64,000 nt of DNA, taken from NCBI GenBank assembly GCA_963718615.1, contig OY970368.1, positions 1,056,001 through 1,120,000 on the forward strand. The letters are read 5' to 3'. This document shows, piece after piece, positions 9,093 to 18,648 of this stretch. Position 1 is the first letter of the stretch. Each line of letters begins with the position of its first letter. Position numbers and translations under genes: made by a program. The notes under the pieces are model-generated. The model was not told where the DNA came from. It worked only from the letters and a program-made list of their open reading frames with translations, and did no database searches. Source of the stretch: an uncultured cyanobacterium. Its GTDB lineage: Bacteria > Cyanobacteriota > Cyanobacteriia > PCC-9006 > JAAUQQ01.

Positions 9093-10688
9093 ATGAGTTG
9101 CCTCTCCTCCCCCGATCGCCCCTTTCAAGCCCTTCAGGCCCAGTTGCGCGATCGCTGGCAGGACCTAGAGCTAGACCCCTCCCATGACTGCGATATCGTC
9201 ATCATCCCGTCCCTGAGTGTTGACCAACGGGAACTGGAAAAAATCGATGGGGCACTTCACTATGAAGAACGATTGCTATTCTCGTTAATTCGGCTGCGCA
9301 ACCCCCGCACCCGCCTCATTTATCTCACCTCCCAGCCCCTGCCCCCCATTGTTATTGACTATTACCTTCAGCTGCTACCCGGTATTCCCTTTTCCCATGC
9401 TCGCAATCGCCTGCTCCTGCTTTCTACCTATGACAGTTCGCCCCGTCCCCTCACCCAAAAAATCCTAGAACGACCTCGGTTAATTCAGCGCCTGCGCCAA
9501 GCGCTGCGGCCCCAACGGGCATTTATGGTCTGCTTCAATGTCAGCAAGCTGGAAGAGCAGCTCTCAGTGCAATTAGGCATTCCACTGTTTGGGGCACCGC
9601 CGACGCTGCTGACCTGGGGAACGAAACAGGGCAGTCGACAGATTTTTGCAGAATGCGCCGTGCCCCATCCCGATGGCAGCGAATTGGTGTATAGCGCAAC
9701 CGAGCTGGCCGACCGAGCTGCCGCACTCTGGGAGCGACAGGCGGCGTTAAAGCGAATCGTCATCAAGCTCAATGAAGGGTTTTCCGGGGAAGGCAATGCG
9801 CTGCTAGATCTGCGTCCCCTGGCAGAAGTGGCTCCCGGTCGCGGTACCCCTGCCGAGCGACGATTGGTCCTCCAAAACCAGTTTGAGCATCTCAGCTTTC
9901 AAGCGGCGGCTGAAACTTGGGCCTCCTTTGGCTCGCGGGTGCCGGAATTAGGGGCGATCGCCGAAGCCTTTATCGAAGGAGAGGTGAAGCGATCGCCCAG
10001 CGTCCAAGGCTCCATTAGCCCCACGGGACAGGTGGAAATTCTCTCAACCCACGATCAAATTTTAGGCGGTCCCGATGGTCAAATTTATTTGGGCTGCGAA
10101 TTTCCAGCGGACGAACGCTATCGGCTTCAACTGCAAGACTATGGCCGCCGCATCGGCGAATGTTTAGCCGCGAAGGGGGCAATGGAGCGGTTTGGGGTGG
10201 ATTTTGTTGTGGTCCAACAACCGGATGGCCAATGGGATTGTCAGGCGATCGAAATCAATTTGCGGAAGGGTGGCACAACCCATCCCTTTATGACGCTGCA
10301 ATATTTAACCAATGGATCCTATAACGAAAAGGATGGCTTGTTTTATAGCCAACCCGGTAGCCCTAAATATTACAAAGCCACGGATAATTTACAGGCCAAG
10401 CACTATCGAGGCTTGCTGCCCAGCGATCTCATGGATATTGTGGCGGAGTATCAGCTACATTTTGATAGCGGGACCAAAACCGGAACGGTGTTTCATCTCA
10501 TGGGCTGTCTCTCGGAATTTGGCAAACTGGGATTAACCTGCGTGGGCGATTCTCCTCACCATGCCCTGGAGATTTACGATCGCGTCAAGGCCGTATTGGA
10601 CGAAGCCTGTCAGGCTGAGGCGATCGCCCTACCCACGGGCTGGACCATGCTGCCCATGGGATGGACAGGCTACCCAACGACGGATTGA
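9093..10688 (+). CDS. ATP-grasp peptide ligase, PGM1-related
   Basis: HYEERLLFSLIRL, KLNEGFSGEGNA, SPSVQ, EINLRKGGTTHP; ATG 9093 preferred over TTG 8937. Confidence 0.75.
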   Translation: MSCLSSPDRPFQALQAQLRDRWQDLELDPSHDCDIVIIPSLSVDQRELEKIDGALHYEERLLFSLIRLRNPRTRLIYLTSQPLPPIVIDYYLQLLPGIPFSHARNRLLLLSTYDSSPRPLTQKILERPRLIQRLRQALRPQRAFMVCFNVSKLEEQLSVQLGIPLFGAPPTLLTWGTKQGSRQIFAECAVPHPDGSELVYSATELADRAAALWERQAALKRIVIKLNEGFSGEGNALLDLRPLAEVAPGRGTPAERRLVLQNQFEHLSFQAAAETWASFGSRVPELGAIAEAFIEGEVKRSPSVQGSISPTGQVEILSTHDQILGGPDGQIYLGCEFPADERYRLQLQDYGRRIGECLAAKGAMERFGVDFVVVQQPDGQWDCQAIEINLRKGGTTHPFMTLQYLTNGSYNEKDGLFYSQPGSPKYYKATDNLQAKHYRGLLPSDLMDIVAEYQLHFDSGTKTGTVFHLMGCLSEFGKLGLTCVGDSPHHALEIYDRVKAVLDEACQAEAIALPTGWTMLPMGWTGYPTTD

Positions 10689-10876
10689 GCGTCAAACCGA
10701 GATGTCCAAGACAGGTTGAGATAGATTGAGACAGGTTGAAACCGCGTTGAAACCGCGTCAAGGGGACCGTTCACCGGGCGCGATCGCCCCCGGTCTCCCC
10801 TAGTCATTTGCAGTCAGCATTCGCTTCAATCATCCCGTGTCCCTGTTGAACCACTGCCAGCCATTTCCAGGTCAAT

Positions 10877-11056
10877 ATGGTGGAACTATCCGATCGCGCC
10901 ATTCTGATTTGTGTGCTTCTGGGTATGGGAATCGGTTTGCTCCGAGACCGACCCCGGAAAAAGAAGAAACCCCCGGACCCCACACCGGGTCAAAAAGCAG
11001 CGAAGGTCATGGAACAATATATCGATGTCATGATGGCGGAAATTAAGGGGAAATAG
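10877..11056 (+). CDS. Small (59 aa) single-TM protein with Lys-rich segment, below the ORF-track cut-off
   Basis: MVELSDRAILICVLLGMGIGLLRDRPRKKKKPPDPTPGQKAAKVMEQYIDVMMAEIKGK; hydrophobic helix followed by a basic cluster. Confidence 0.55.
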   Translation: MVELSDRAILICVLLGMGIGLLRDRPRKKKKPPDPTPGQKAAKVMEQYIDVMMAEIKGK

Positions 11057-11117
11057 TGACGTTCTACCCCTCAAACAGAGGCAGAAAAACAGCGGAAATA
11101 CAGCAGAAACACAGCAG

Positions 11118-14100
11118 CTACCAGGGATTGCCCACCAGCGTAAACGCCGCCCAAAAATAGGGATGGGAAAGGTCGCGATCGCCAATATCTTCCGCCACCC
11201 GTTCCGTCAAGGGAATCGATTTCTGCTCACTTTGTAAATCGTTTTGTAAAATGCCTTGGCTGATCGTGACCTGTTGATGGAGCATGGCGATCTGGGCCTG
11301 ACGCAGGGCTTCTGCCTTCACCGGCACCTTGCGCAACTGTTCATAAAACTGGGTGATCAAAGCTAAGGTTCCGGCATCGCTCACATACCACAAACTGCCC
11401 AAGGCTGATTTGACCCCCGACTCGATGGCCAAACCCGCAAAGCCCAATTCAGCATTTTTATCCCCCAGGGCCGTTCGACAGGCACTTAACACCAGCAGTT
11501 CTACCGGTGGATTGCCAAGGCCCAAATTGCGCAACTGATTCACCTGGAGTTTTTGATCCCACAATTGGATATAGGATTGATCCACTTTTCCAGCTCGAAA
11601 CTCGCCATGGGTCGCCAAATGCACAATGCCATAGGGTTGTTGCTGCCGCGCTTGGGTCAAGTTTTTCAGCGTAAACTGATCATTGAGAAAAGACTTGCCT
11701 TGCCACAATCTTTGGGTCAACACGGACAGCTCAGTTTCCACTGCGGGTAAGTCAGATTTTGCATCAAATTCCGATGCCCCCATGGCCAAAATCTCTGATT
11801 TACGAACATCCACATAGCGCGTATCCGCCAGACTCAAGCTGGGCATGAGGCCCAGGCTATAGCGCTCCACGAGGAACTGGTTGCCATCATGGAGAGCTGC
11901 CATGGGGAGCGATCGCAATCCCGCATCCAAGATAAAGCTAAGGTTATCAATCTCCCGAATTTGGAGTTCACCCTCAATGGGCTCAATCAGCAGTTTATAT
12001 AATGCCTGAGCTGGTTTTAGATAGCTTTTGCTCCAAAGCTTGCGGGGATCTGTCACTTCTCGACGGAAGCGATCGGCCAATTGGATCACGTCTTTACGCA
12101 TCACTGACAAGCGTTTTCGTACGGCTGCACCATCGGGCATGACCACCAGTAGTTCTAGCTCATCGGTCTCATTTTCGCTCAAATTTACCGTATCCGTAGC
12201 CCCTTGAAAATATTGTTCCAAGGCATCTGAAAAATGCGCTTCTCGCTGGGCAAAATCTGGTGACTGGCGCATTGTCGCAGGCACAAATTGAATATAAACC
12301 AACGCCGGTTTAACGCCAGCCGCAGCCTCCACACGATTGAGAATTGTTGCTGCTTCAGCCACTGTTTCAATCCGTCGCTCATAGCCTTCAAAGGGTCTAG
12401 CATAGGCAACTGAGTTGGTGCTGTTTTCCCCTGTCTCGCTGCCCTGGGTTTCATGCTCAACAGCAGCATTCGAACTCAGGGCATCCAGTAAATCCATGGG
12501 GATTTTCAACACAGAATCCGGTGAATTGAGAGGAAGCTCGGGCTCTGGAGAAGGCTCAGGACCTGGAGGAGGCTCGGGTCTGGGAGAAGGCTCGGGTTTG
12601 GGAGTCGGCTCAGGCTCTGGAGAAGGTTCGGGCTTGGGAGTTGGCTCGGGTTTGGGAGTAGGATCTATAGGCCCAGGTTCTCCCACTTCAGGGTTAACGG
12701 TCAAGCGGTAGGCGATCGCCTCCGAACTCGACACCCCATCCGTTGCCACGATCGAAAAGGCATTGATTGGCCCATTGCTCACCGCTGTGGGCTGATAGGT
12801 TAAAGGCGTTCCCGGTTGCCAGATATCACCATTTTTGAGCAAGCGATCGCCTTGACGCAACTCTCCGCCAGCAATGCCTTGAATTTGCAATCGCAACTGA
12901 TCCTGATTGACATCCGTAAACAGCGTGTCCGGGGTGGGCAGGGTAATGATTAGCGTATCCGCGACGGTGATGTCGTTGGCCTCTAGGCCCTGCACCAATG
13001 CCTGGGGCGGTGTATTGTCTGACAGAATGGCGATCGCCCCCGGCAATCCCGGCGTCACCCCTCCTTCGGGCAAAACCGAAAACCGTCCCCCAGTCAGTTG
13101 GTTCTCGACCTGATCGGCTGTGCCTGCTCGAATAGCGCCTCGGGTGCCGTTAGGGCTCGCTTGGCCTACGGTTAAGGGCGTATTGGTGGCCCCGCCGCTG
13201 TGACGCAGAGACACTTGACCACCGGTGACGGAGCCGACGGTAGGAGAATCCTCAAGATTCAAAACCTCTCCCAGAACGACATTACTCTCCGTGGCCGCCA
13301 TGCGCAAAACGGACGCCTGGGCATTGAGGGTGGTATTGGGCGGATTGTTCATCTCCGTGTCCGGATCAACGGCGGGTAACAGACCCTGCCCCTGGATCGT
13401 GCCTCCCGAGACTACGGTGACATCTCCGGCTTTTGCCGTTGCAACGGATTGCCCGTCGCTACTGGAGTCTAAGGCTCGGGCGGAGGTGTCGAGGGTGGAA
13501 AATTCGACGGTTTGATTTAACTCAGGGGCTGTAATCCCAACGGTTCCAGCAATGGCCGTCAGACTCCCGGCCCCCACAGCAAAGGTTGTCGCATTGATGT
13601 CTCCGGATTGAACGCGATCGCCCGTTAGCTGAACATTACCAGCCTGAGCCTGCACCGAGCCATTGCCCACCCCACTCCGGGCTGTGGTGCGAATGGACTC
13701 GACGGTGATGCCCCCATTCTCGTTGGCGGCTCCAGCGGTTGGATTAGAGGACAGCGTGACATTGCCCGCCGTCACCTGGGAGGTTTTGCCCGCAGACCCC
13801 AAAACCGACGTCGTTAGGGTCTTAGCGCTAATGTCTGAGCCTGCGGTGGTCAACTGCACATCGCCACCCGTTAGAGACACGGTTTCAAAGGCGATCGCCG
13901 AGTTGGCTGAGGCGTCTATCGTTTGAGCCCCGATGGGGCTGTTGCTTCCGGTTGTCGTTAACTGAATGGGTCCGGCCTGGGCCGTAATCCGATTCCCCCC
14001 TCGGTTGTTCACCCTACTGGACAGATCGCCCACATTCAAATCCCCCGATGTCGTTAGCTGAATCGCCCCTCCCGCTGCTTCCACCGTTGCAAAGATAGCT

Positions 14101-15485
14101 GAGCTAGAGGTCTCTGTGGTTGCAGAAGCATCCAGCTTGCCGCTGGTGAACTGCCCCTGGGTCACTTCCGCCTCAATCCGGCCAGCGATCGCCCGACTCA
14201 CATCTCCCCCCTGGATCTTGGCTGTGGTCTCGACATTGCCCACTTGCACCGAGGGTCCGGCAGCGCTGATCTGAAGATTACCGCCCTGGGCAATCACTGT
14301 GGCTCCGGCAGCTCGGTTGGACGTGGCGATCGCCCCCATTTGAATGCCATCGGTTTCGATGGTCCCCCGCACACTGCCAGCCTCTAGCACAATATCGCCC
14401 GCCTGGGCTTGGGTCGTGGCAGCCTGGGGGGAATTGGCGGGTAGGGCATCTGTGGCCCGAGCGGAGGTTGTGAGGGATCCGAGGGCGATCGCCCCCGCCT
14501 GGGTTTTGACCGAAATTGTCCCCCCCCTAACCGGTTCTGCCTGGGCCACAGGATTTGAGGCCACAGGATTTGAGGCCACAGCGGTAGAAATCGTCCCCGA
14601 CAGGCGAATATCACCAGCCTGAGCCGTGCTATCCTCATTCGCCGCCGCCGCAGGCAATCCTTGTCCCGTCAACAGTTCTGGCAGGGACAAGACCGACAAA
14701 GCATTCGTCGTAAAGGTGGGGTCCAGCTCCAGCGCGAGAATTTGTCCCGATTGACCCAGGCGTAGCCGCTGCGCACCCGAGGCTGTGGTCACGGTCTGGA
14801 GCGTAATATTGCCCCCAGGGGCTGTGAGTTGGCCATTGCCCCCAATGGCACCAGCCGCCAGCGTCAGGTTTTGCTCGGGATTGAGCGTCAAATCGCCAAA
14901 GAGGCCGATCGCCCCAGGGTTAGTCGCCGTTGTAAACAAAAAGCCTGTTGGATCTCCATTCAGGCGGTCATAACTATTTTCTCCAGTCGCAAAAAACCAG
15001 GTTTCTTCCCCAGGATTACCAAAGCCAATGCCATTGGCTGTGGTCGCCGCAAAGGCTCCTGGCAAATCTAGCTGGGCCGTTGGGCCAAAGACGATTCCCG
15101 CCGGATTCATCAGCAAGAGATTGGCATTACTGCCAGTAATCTTCAGCGTGCCATTGATCAAAGAAGCTTCGCCACCCGTGATGCGACCCAGGACATTTTG
15201 CACATTCGGGGTAGTCAGAAACTGGGCCGCTTGTCCTGCATCCAAGCCAAATTTTGAAAAACTGTGAAATAAGTTACCCCCATCCGTTGATGGGGTTCCC
15301 CCGGTAATGTTAATGACAGGGCCATTGCCTTCGACTTGGGTTCCAGCACCGTTGGGCGTAATGGTTTGGGCACCATTGGCAGGAACCGGCTGGGCGATCG
15401 CCCCTTGCATTCCCAATCCGGAAACGAAGAGTGCACAAGTGGCATGGGCAGTGAAGCGATAGCATCCTTGCATAGCGAGGTCCAA
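11118..15485 (-). CDS. Two-partner-secretion exoprotein (filamentous haemagglutinin TPS domain, beta-helix) with Pro/Glu linker and C-terminal CHAT protease domain
   Basis: Signal peptide; NLFHSFSKF...NPAGIVFG TPS motif; PKPE/PSPE repeats; CHAT catalytic HLATHG and LSAC; C-terminal HPYFWAAFTLVGNPW. Confidence 0.9.
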   Translation of the reverse strand: MDLAMQGCYRFTAHATCALFVSGLGMQGAIAQPVPANGAQTITPNGAGTQVEGNGPVINITGGTPSTDGGNLFHSFSKFGLDAGQAAQFLTTPNVQNVLGRITGGEASLINGTLKITGSNANLLLMNPAGIVFGPTAQLDLPGAFAATTANGIGFGNPGEETWFFATGENSYDRLNGDPTGFLFTTATNPGAIGLFGDLTLNPEQNLTLAAGAIGGNGQLTAPGGNITLQTVTTASGAQRLRLGQSGQILALELDPTFTTNALSVLSLPELLTGQGLPAAAANEDSTAQAGDIRLSGTISTAVASNPVASNPVAQAEPVRGGTISVKTQAGAIALGSLTTSARATDALPANSPQAATTQAQAGDIVLEAGSVRGTIETDGIQMGAIATSNRAAGATVIAQGGNLQISAAGPSVQVGNVETTAKIQGGDVSRAIAGRIEAEVTQGQFTSGKLDASATTETSSSAIFATVEAAGGAIQLTTSGDLNVGDLSSRVNNRGGNRITAQAGPIQLTTTGSNSPIGAQTIDASANSAIAFETVSLTGGDVQLTTAGSDISAKTLTTSVLGSAGKTSQVTAGNVTLSSNPTAGAANENGGITVESIRTTARSGVGNGSVQAQAGNVQLTGDRVQSGDINATTFAVGAGSLTAIAGTVGITAPELNQTVEFSTLDTSARALDSSSDGQSVATAKAGDVTVVSGGTIQGQGLLPAVDPDTEMNNPPNTTLNAQASVLRMAATESNVVLGEVLNLEDSPTVGSVTGGQVSLRHSGGATNTPLTVGQASPNGTRGAIRAGTADQVENQLTGGRFSVLPEGGVTPGLPGAIAILSDNTPPQALVQGLEANDITVADTLIITLPTPDTLFTDVNQDQLRLQIQGIAGGELRQGDRLLKNGDIWQPGTPLTYQPTAVSNGPINAFSIVATDGVSSSEAIAYRLTVNPEVGEPGPIDPTPKPEPTPKPEPSPEPEPTPKPEPSPRPEPPPGPEPSPEPELPLNSPDSVLKIPMDLLDALSSNAAVEHETQGSETGENSTNSVAYARPFEGYERRIETVAEAATILNRVEAAAGVKPALVYIQFVPATMRQSPDFAQREAHFSDALEQYFQGATDTVNLSENETDELELLVVMPDGAAVRKRLSVMRKDVIQLADRFRREVTDPRKLWSKSYLKPAQALYKLLIEPIEGELQIREIDNLSFILDAGLRSLPMAALHDGNQFLVERYSLGLMPSLSLADTRYVDVRKSEILAMGASEFDAKSDLPAVETELSVLTQRLWQGKSFLNDQFTLKNLTQARQQQPYGIVHLATHGEFRAGKVDQSYIQLWDQKLQVNQLRNLGLGNPPVELLVLSACRTALGDKNAELGFAGLAIESGVKSALGSLWYVSDAGTLALITQFYEQLRKVPVKAEALRQAQIAMLHQQVTISQGILQNDLQSEQKSIPLTERVAEDIGDRDLSHPYFWAAFTLVGNPW

Positions 15486-15676
15486 GCGAAAGAGTCTCCA
15501 GCAATCATTTCGATTTTCATACGAGAGCCTGTAATCTCCGGAATTGCACGGATAATCTTTGTCTTAAATTCACGATTTCACGAGTTTTACACAAACGAGA
15601 GATAAATTCATTCGGATCGCCCAATCCCCAGCGCGAAGTATCCAAGGATGCATCATTCTATGGATACCTTCGGCCT

Positions 15677-17485
15677 ATGATGGCTGCCCCTCCTCCAGAT
15701 CTCGCGCAGCTGCCGGCGACCCCACCGTCGCCAGCCAACGTTGTTTTTGCATCGCAGCCCCAGGTTTCTCCCATCGCCGAAGCAGCAGCCCAGGGGATTC
15801 AGCCTCCCCTCTCCCTTGAGCCGGAGCGCTTTCAGCCTGAAACCGAGCAGCCTGAAACGGAGCAGGCGATCGCCCAGCAGTTCCCGGTTCCAGAGGCCAT
15901 TCCTCCCACTTCAGAATTGCCCCAGGAATCGCCCGAGAGCAGCAGGCCAGAATTTTCAGAATCCGTTCCAGAATCGCCACCACAATCATCGCCTTCAGAG
16001 GCATCGGTCACGCTCAAAACCATTCAGGTAAACGGCAGCCAGATTTTCAGCCCTGGGGAATTTGACGCTTGGATGGCTCCCTTTCTCAATAAACCATTGG
16101 CCCCAACGGACCTGCGGGCGATCGCCGATACCATCACCCAGCATTACCTCAACCAGGGATACATCACCTCCCGTGCCTTGGATCCTGTGGTGAGTGGCGA
16201 TCGCGCCACGGTACAGATTGTCGAAGGGGCGATCGAGCAGATTGAAATTACGGGCACGGAACGGGTCAGCCAAGACTACATTCGTCGCCGCATCGAACTG
16301 GCGGCCCAACAACCCCTCAATACTAACCGCCTGGAAGAACAGCTCAAGCTGTTGCGCAATGACCCGCTGTTTGAGGAGCTGAGTGCCAGTTTGCGAGCGG
16401 GGGATGGTTTGGGGCAGAGTGTCTTGGCCGTGACGGTAAAGGAGGCCCAGTCGTTTACGGCGGAGGCCAGTGTGGATAACTATTCTCCGCCCAGTGTGGG
16501 TTCAGAACGGTTTGGTACACAACTTCAGTATCGTAACCTCACGGGCAACGGGGATGTTTTGAGTGGGGGATATACGCGATCGCGCACCGGGGGCTCCCAG
16601 CAGGTCAATCTCTCCTACAGCACACCGGTCAATCCTCGGGAGGGAACGCTAAGCCTGTCGGCGGATTGGACCCGGACCAAAATCACCCAGGATGAATTTG
16701 AATCGCTCAATATTACCGGCAACTCCCAGCGCTACAGTCTGCAATATCGCCAGCCGCTGCTCCGCAGTCTTCGCCAGGAGTTGGCGCTCTCCGCTGGGTT
16801 CACGTTTCAGGATGGTCAGACCTTTTTAGATGGTACACCAACTCCTTTTGGGGCCGGTCCCGATGCCGATGGGATCAGCCGCACAGCGGTGATTAATTTT
16901 GGCCAGGACTATGTAAAGCGGGATCCGTCGGGGGCCTGGGCGTTGCGATCGCAATTCAACCTCGGCACGGGTCTCTTCGATGCCACGAACAACGCCGAAC
17001 CCATGCCCGATGGTCAATTTCTCAGTTGGCTGGGTCAGGTGCAGCGGGTGCAGCGGCTCGGTGACAACCATTTGGTCATTGCCCAGGGGAGCCTGCAACT
17101 GAGCTCTGATGCGCTGTTGGCCTCCCAGCAGTTTAGTTTGGGTGGGGGTCAGTCCCTGCGGGGCTATCGGCAAAATGTGCGGTCTGGGGACAATGGCTTC
17201 CGGGTTTCCGTTGAGGATCGCATAACGCTGCAGCGGGATGCGGGGGGCGCTTCGACGGTGCAACTGGCTCCCTTTGCGGAGGTGGGTAAGGTTTGGAATG
17301 ATGTGGATAATCCCAGCGGCAGCGGGACGGCGCTCTTGGCGAGTGCGGGGGTGGGGGTGATCTGGAAACCAACGCCTGCGTCGACGATTCGGGTGGATTA
17401 TGGGGTGCCGTTGGTGAGTTTGGGCGATCGCGGCAACAATCTACAGGATCAAGGGGTGCATTTCAGCGCCAGCTACCGGTTTTGA
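15677..17485 (+). CDS. ShlB/FhaC/HecB-family TpsB outer-membrane transporter
   Basis: POTRA YLNQGYITSRA, DNYSPPSVGSER, GGGQSLRGYRQN (VRGY motif), terminal aromatic YRF. Confidence 0.92.
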   Translation: MMAAPPPDLAQLPATPPSPANVVFASQPQVSPIAEAAAQGIQPPLSLEPERFQPETEQPETEQAIAQQFPVPEAIPPTSELPQESPESSRPEFSESVPESPPQSSPSEASVTLKTIQVNGSQIFSPGEFDAWMAPFLNKPLAPTDLRAIADTITQHYLNQGYITSRALDPVVSGDRATVQIVEGAIEQIEITGTERVSQDYIRRRIELAAQQPLNTNRLEEQLKLLRNDPLFEELSASLRAGDGLGQSVLAVTVKEAQSFTAEASVDNYSPPSVGSERFGTQLQYRNLTGNGDVLSGGYTRSRTGGSQQVNLSYSTPVNPREGTLSLSADWTRTKITQDEFESLNITGNSQRYSLQYRQPLLRSLRQELALSAGFTFQDGQTFLDGTPTPFGAGPDADGISRTAVINFGQDYVKRDPSGAWALRSQFNLGTGLFDATNNAEPMPDGQFLSWLGQVQRVQRLGDNHLVIAQGSLQLSSDALLASQQFSLGGGQSLRGYRQNVRSGDNGFRVSVEDRITLQRDAGGASTVQLAPFAEVGKVWNDVDNPSGSGTALLASAGVGVIWKPTPASTIRVDYGVPLVSLGDRGNNLQDQGVHFSASYRF

Positions 17486-17566
17486 ATTTCCCTGTTTTTG
17501 ATTTGAATTCCCACGGCGATCGCTTTGCCGGTAGGCTATAAAGGATCTGATTCTCCCTCTTTTTCC

Positions 17567-17851
17567 ATGAGCAATCAACCCCAAACCGGTGCAGAAGCCG
17601 TTGACGCCGCCATTGCCCAGGGCATCGATCTGGATGGTTCCCCGATTCCCGCCGAAAAGCTAGATCTCTACAACCAGGTGATGGGACTAGAGGGCGATCG
17701 CCAGCGTAGCGGGGTGTCGAATAGTATGCGATCGCGCATCGTCCGCATTGGCGCGAAGCATATTCCCCAGGATGAGCTCAACCAAAAGCTAATTGATGCA
17801 GGTTTTGCGGGCTTAAAGGACAAAGAAATCGCGTTTTATTACGGCAAATAA
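17567..17851 (+). CDS. DUF4090-family small cyanobacterial protein (Ssr1528-like)
   Basis: GAEAVDAAIAQGIDLDGSPIP...RQRSGVSNSMRSRIVRIGAKH. Confidence 0.75.
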   Translation: MSNQPQTGAEAVDAAIAQGIDLDGSPIPAEKLDLYNQVMGLEGDRQRSGVSNSMRSRIVRIGAKHIPQDELNQKLIDAGFAGLKDKEIAFYYGK

Positions 17852-17868
17852 GCCGCGAGTCCTGAGCC

Positions 17869-18531
17869 ATGGCCAGTGATGCAATCCTGTGTGTGGATGA
17901 AGTCAGTCTCAAAACGGGGATTGCGGTGTTGTGCGATCGCGACCCCGATCTCGCCCGCCTGGTCGAGCGGCACGGCCATCCCCCCCTCTGGAGCCGCCCT
18001 CCGGGATTTGCAACGCTGGTCCACATTATTCTAGAGCAGCAGGTTTCCATGGCTTCGGCCCAGGCGACGTTTGAGCGACTGCGGGGGGCGATCGCCCTGA
18101 CGCCGGAGGCATTTTTGACCCTGGAGGATGAGTCGCTGCGGGGGATGGGATTTAGTCGGCAAAAGACGGCCTATGTGCGAAATTTGGCGGAGGCGATTCG
18201 GAGCGATCGCCTAGATCTTGATGGGTTGGTGACACAACCCGATGATAGGGTGCGGGAAACGCTGTGTCAGCTGAAGGGGATTGGCCCCTGGACGGCTGAG
18301 ATCTATTTGATGATGGCGCTGGATCGGGCGGATGCTTGGCCCTTGGGGGATTTGGCGGTGCAGTTGTCGGTGCAGCGAATTAAGGGATTAGAGCAGAGGC
18401 CAGACCGGGAGATGTTGATGGCGATCGCTGAGCCTTGGCGGCCTTGGCGCAGTGTGGCGGCGCGGTTGCTGTGGCAAGCTTATTTGGCAAAAGAAACGTC
18501 AAGCAAGCTCGGAGTTAGCGCTTCACGTTGA
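17869..18531 (+). CDS. alkA: DNA-3-methyladenine glycosylase II (HhH-GPD)
   Basis: IILEQQVS, LKGIGPWTAE HhH, WPLGDL, WRPWRS. Confidence 0.85.
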   Translation: MASDAILCVDEVSLKTGIAVLCDRDPDLARLVERHGHPPLWSRPPGFATLVHIILEQQVSMASAQATFERLRGAIALTPEAFLTLEDESLRGMGFSRQKTAYVRNLAEAIRSDRLDLDGLVTQPDDRVRETLCQLKGIGPWTAEIYLMMALDRADAWPLGDLAVQLSVQRIKGLEQRPDREMLMAIAEPWRPWRSVAARLLWQAYLAKETSSKLGVSASR

Positions 18532-18648
18532 GAACCAAGTTGGATTGAGTCGCAGGTTTTTCCGCAGTTACGGTTGCGACTGGATGATTTGATGCGATGA
18601 TTCTCAAATTCTAGAGGCGAATCTGGCGGGTTTGGGAGCGTATCGCAG

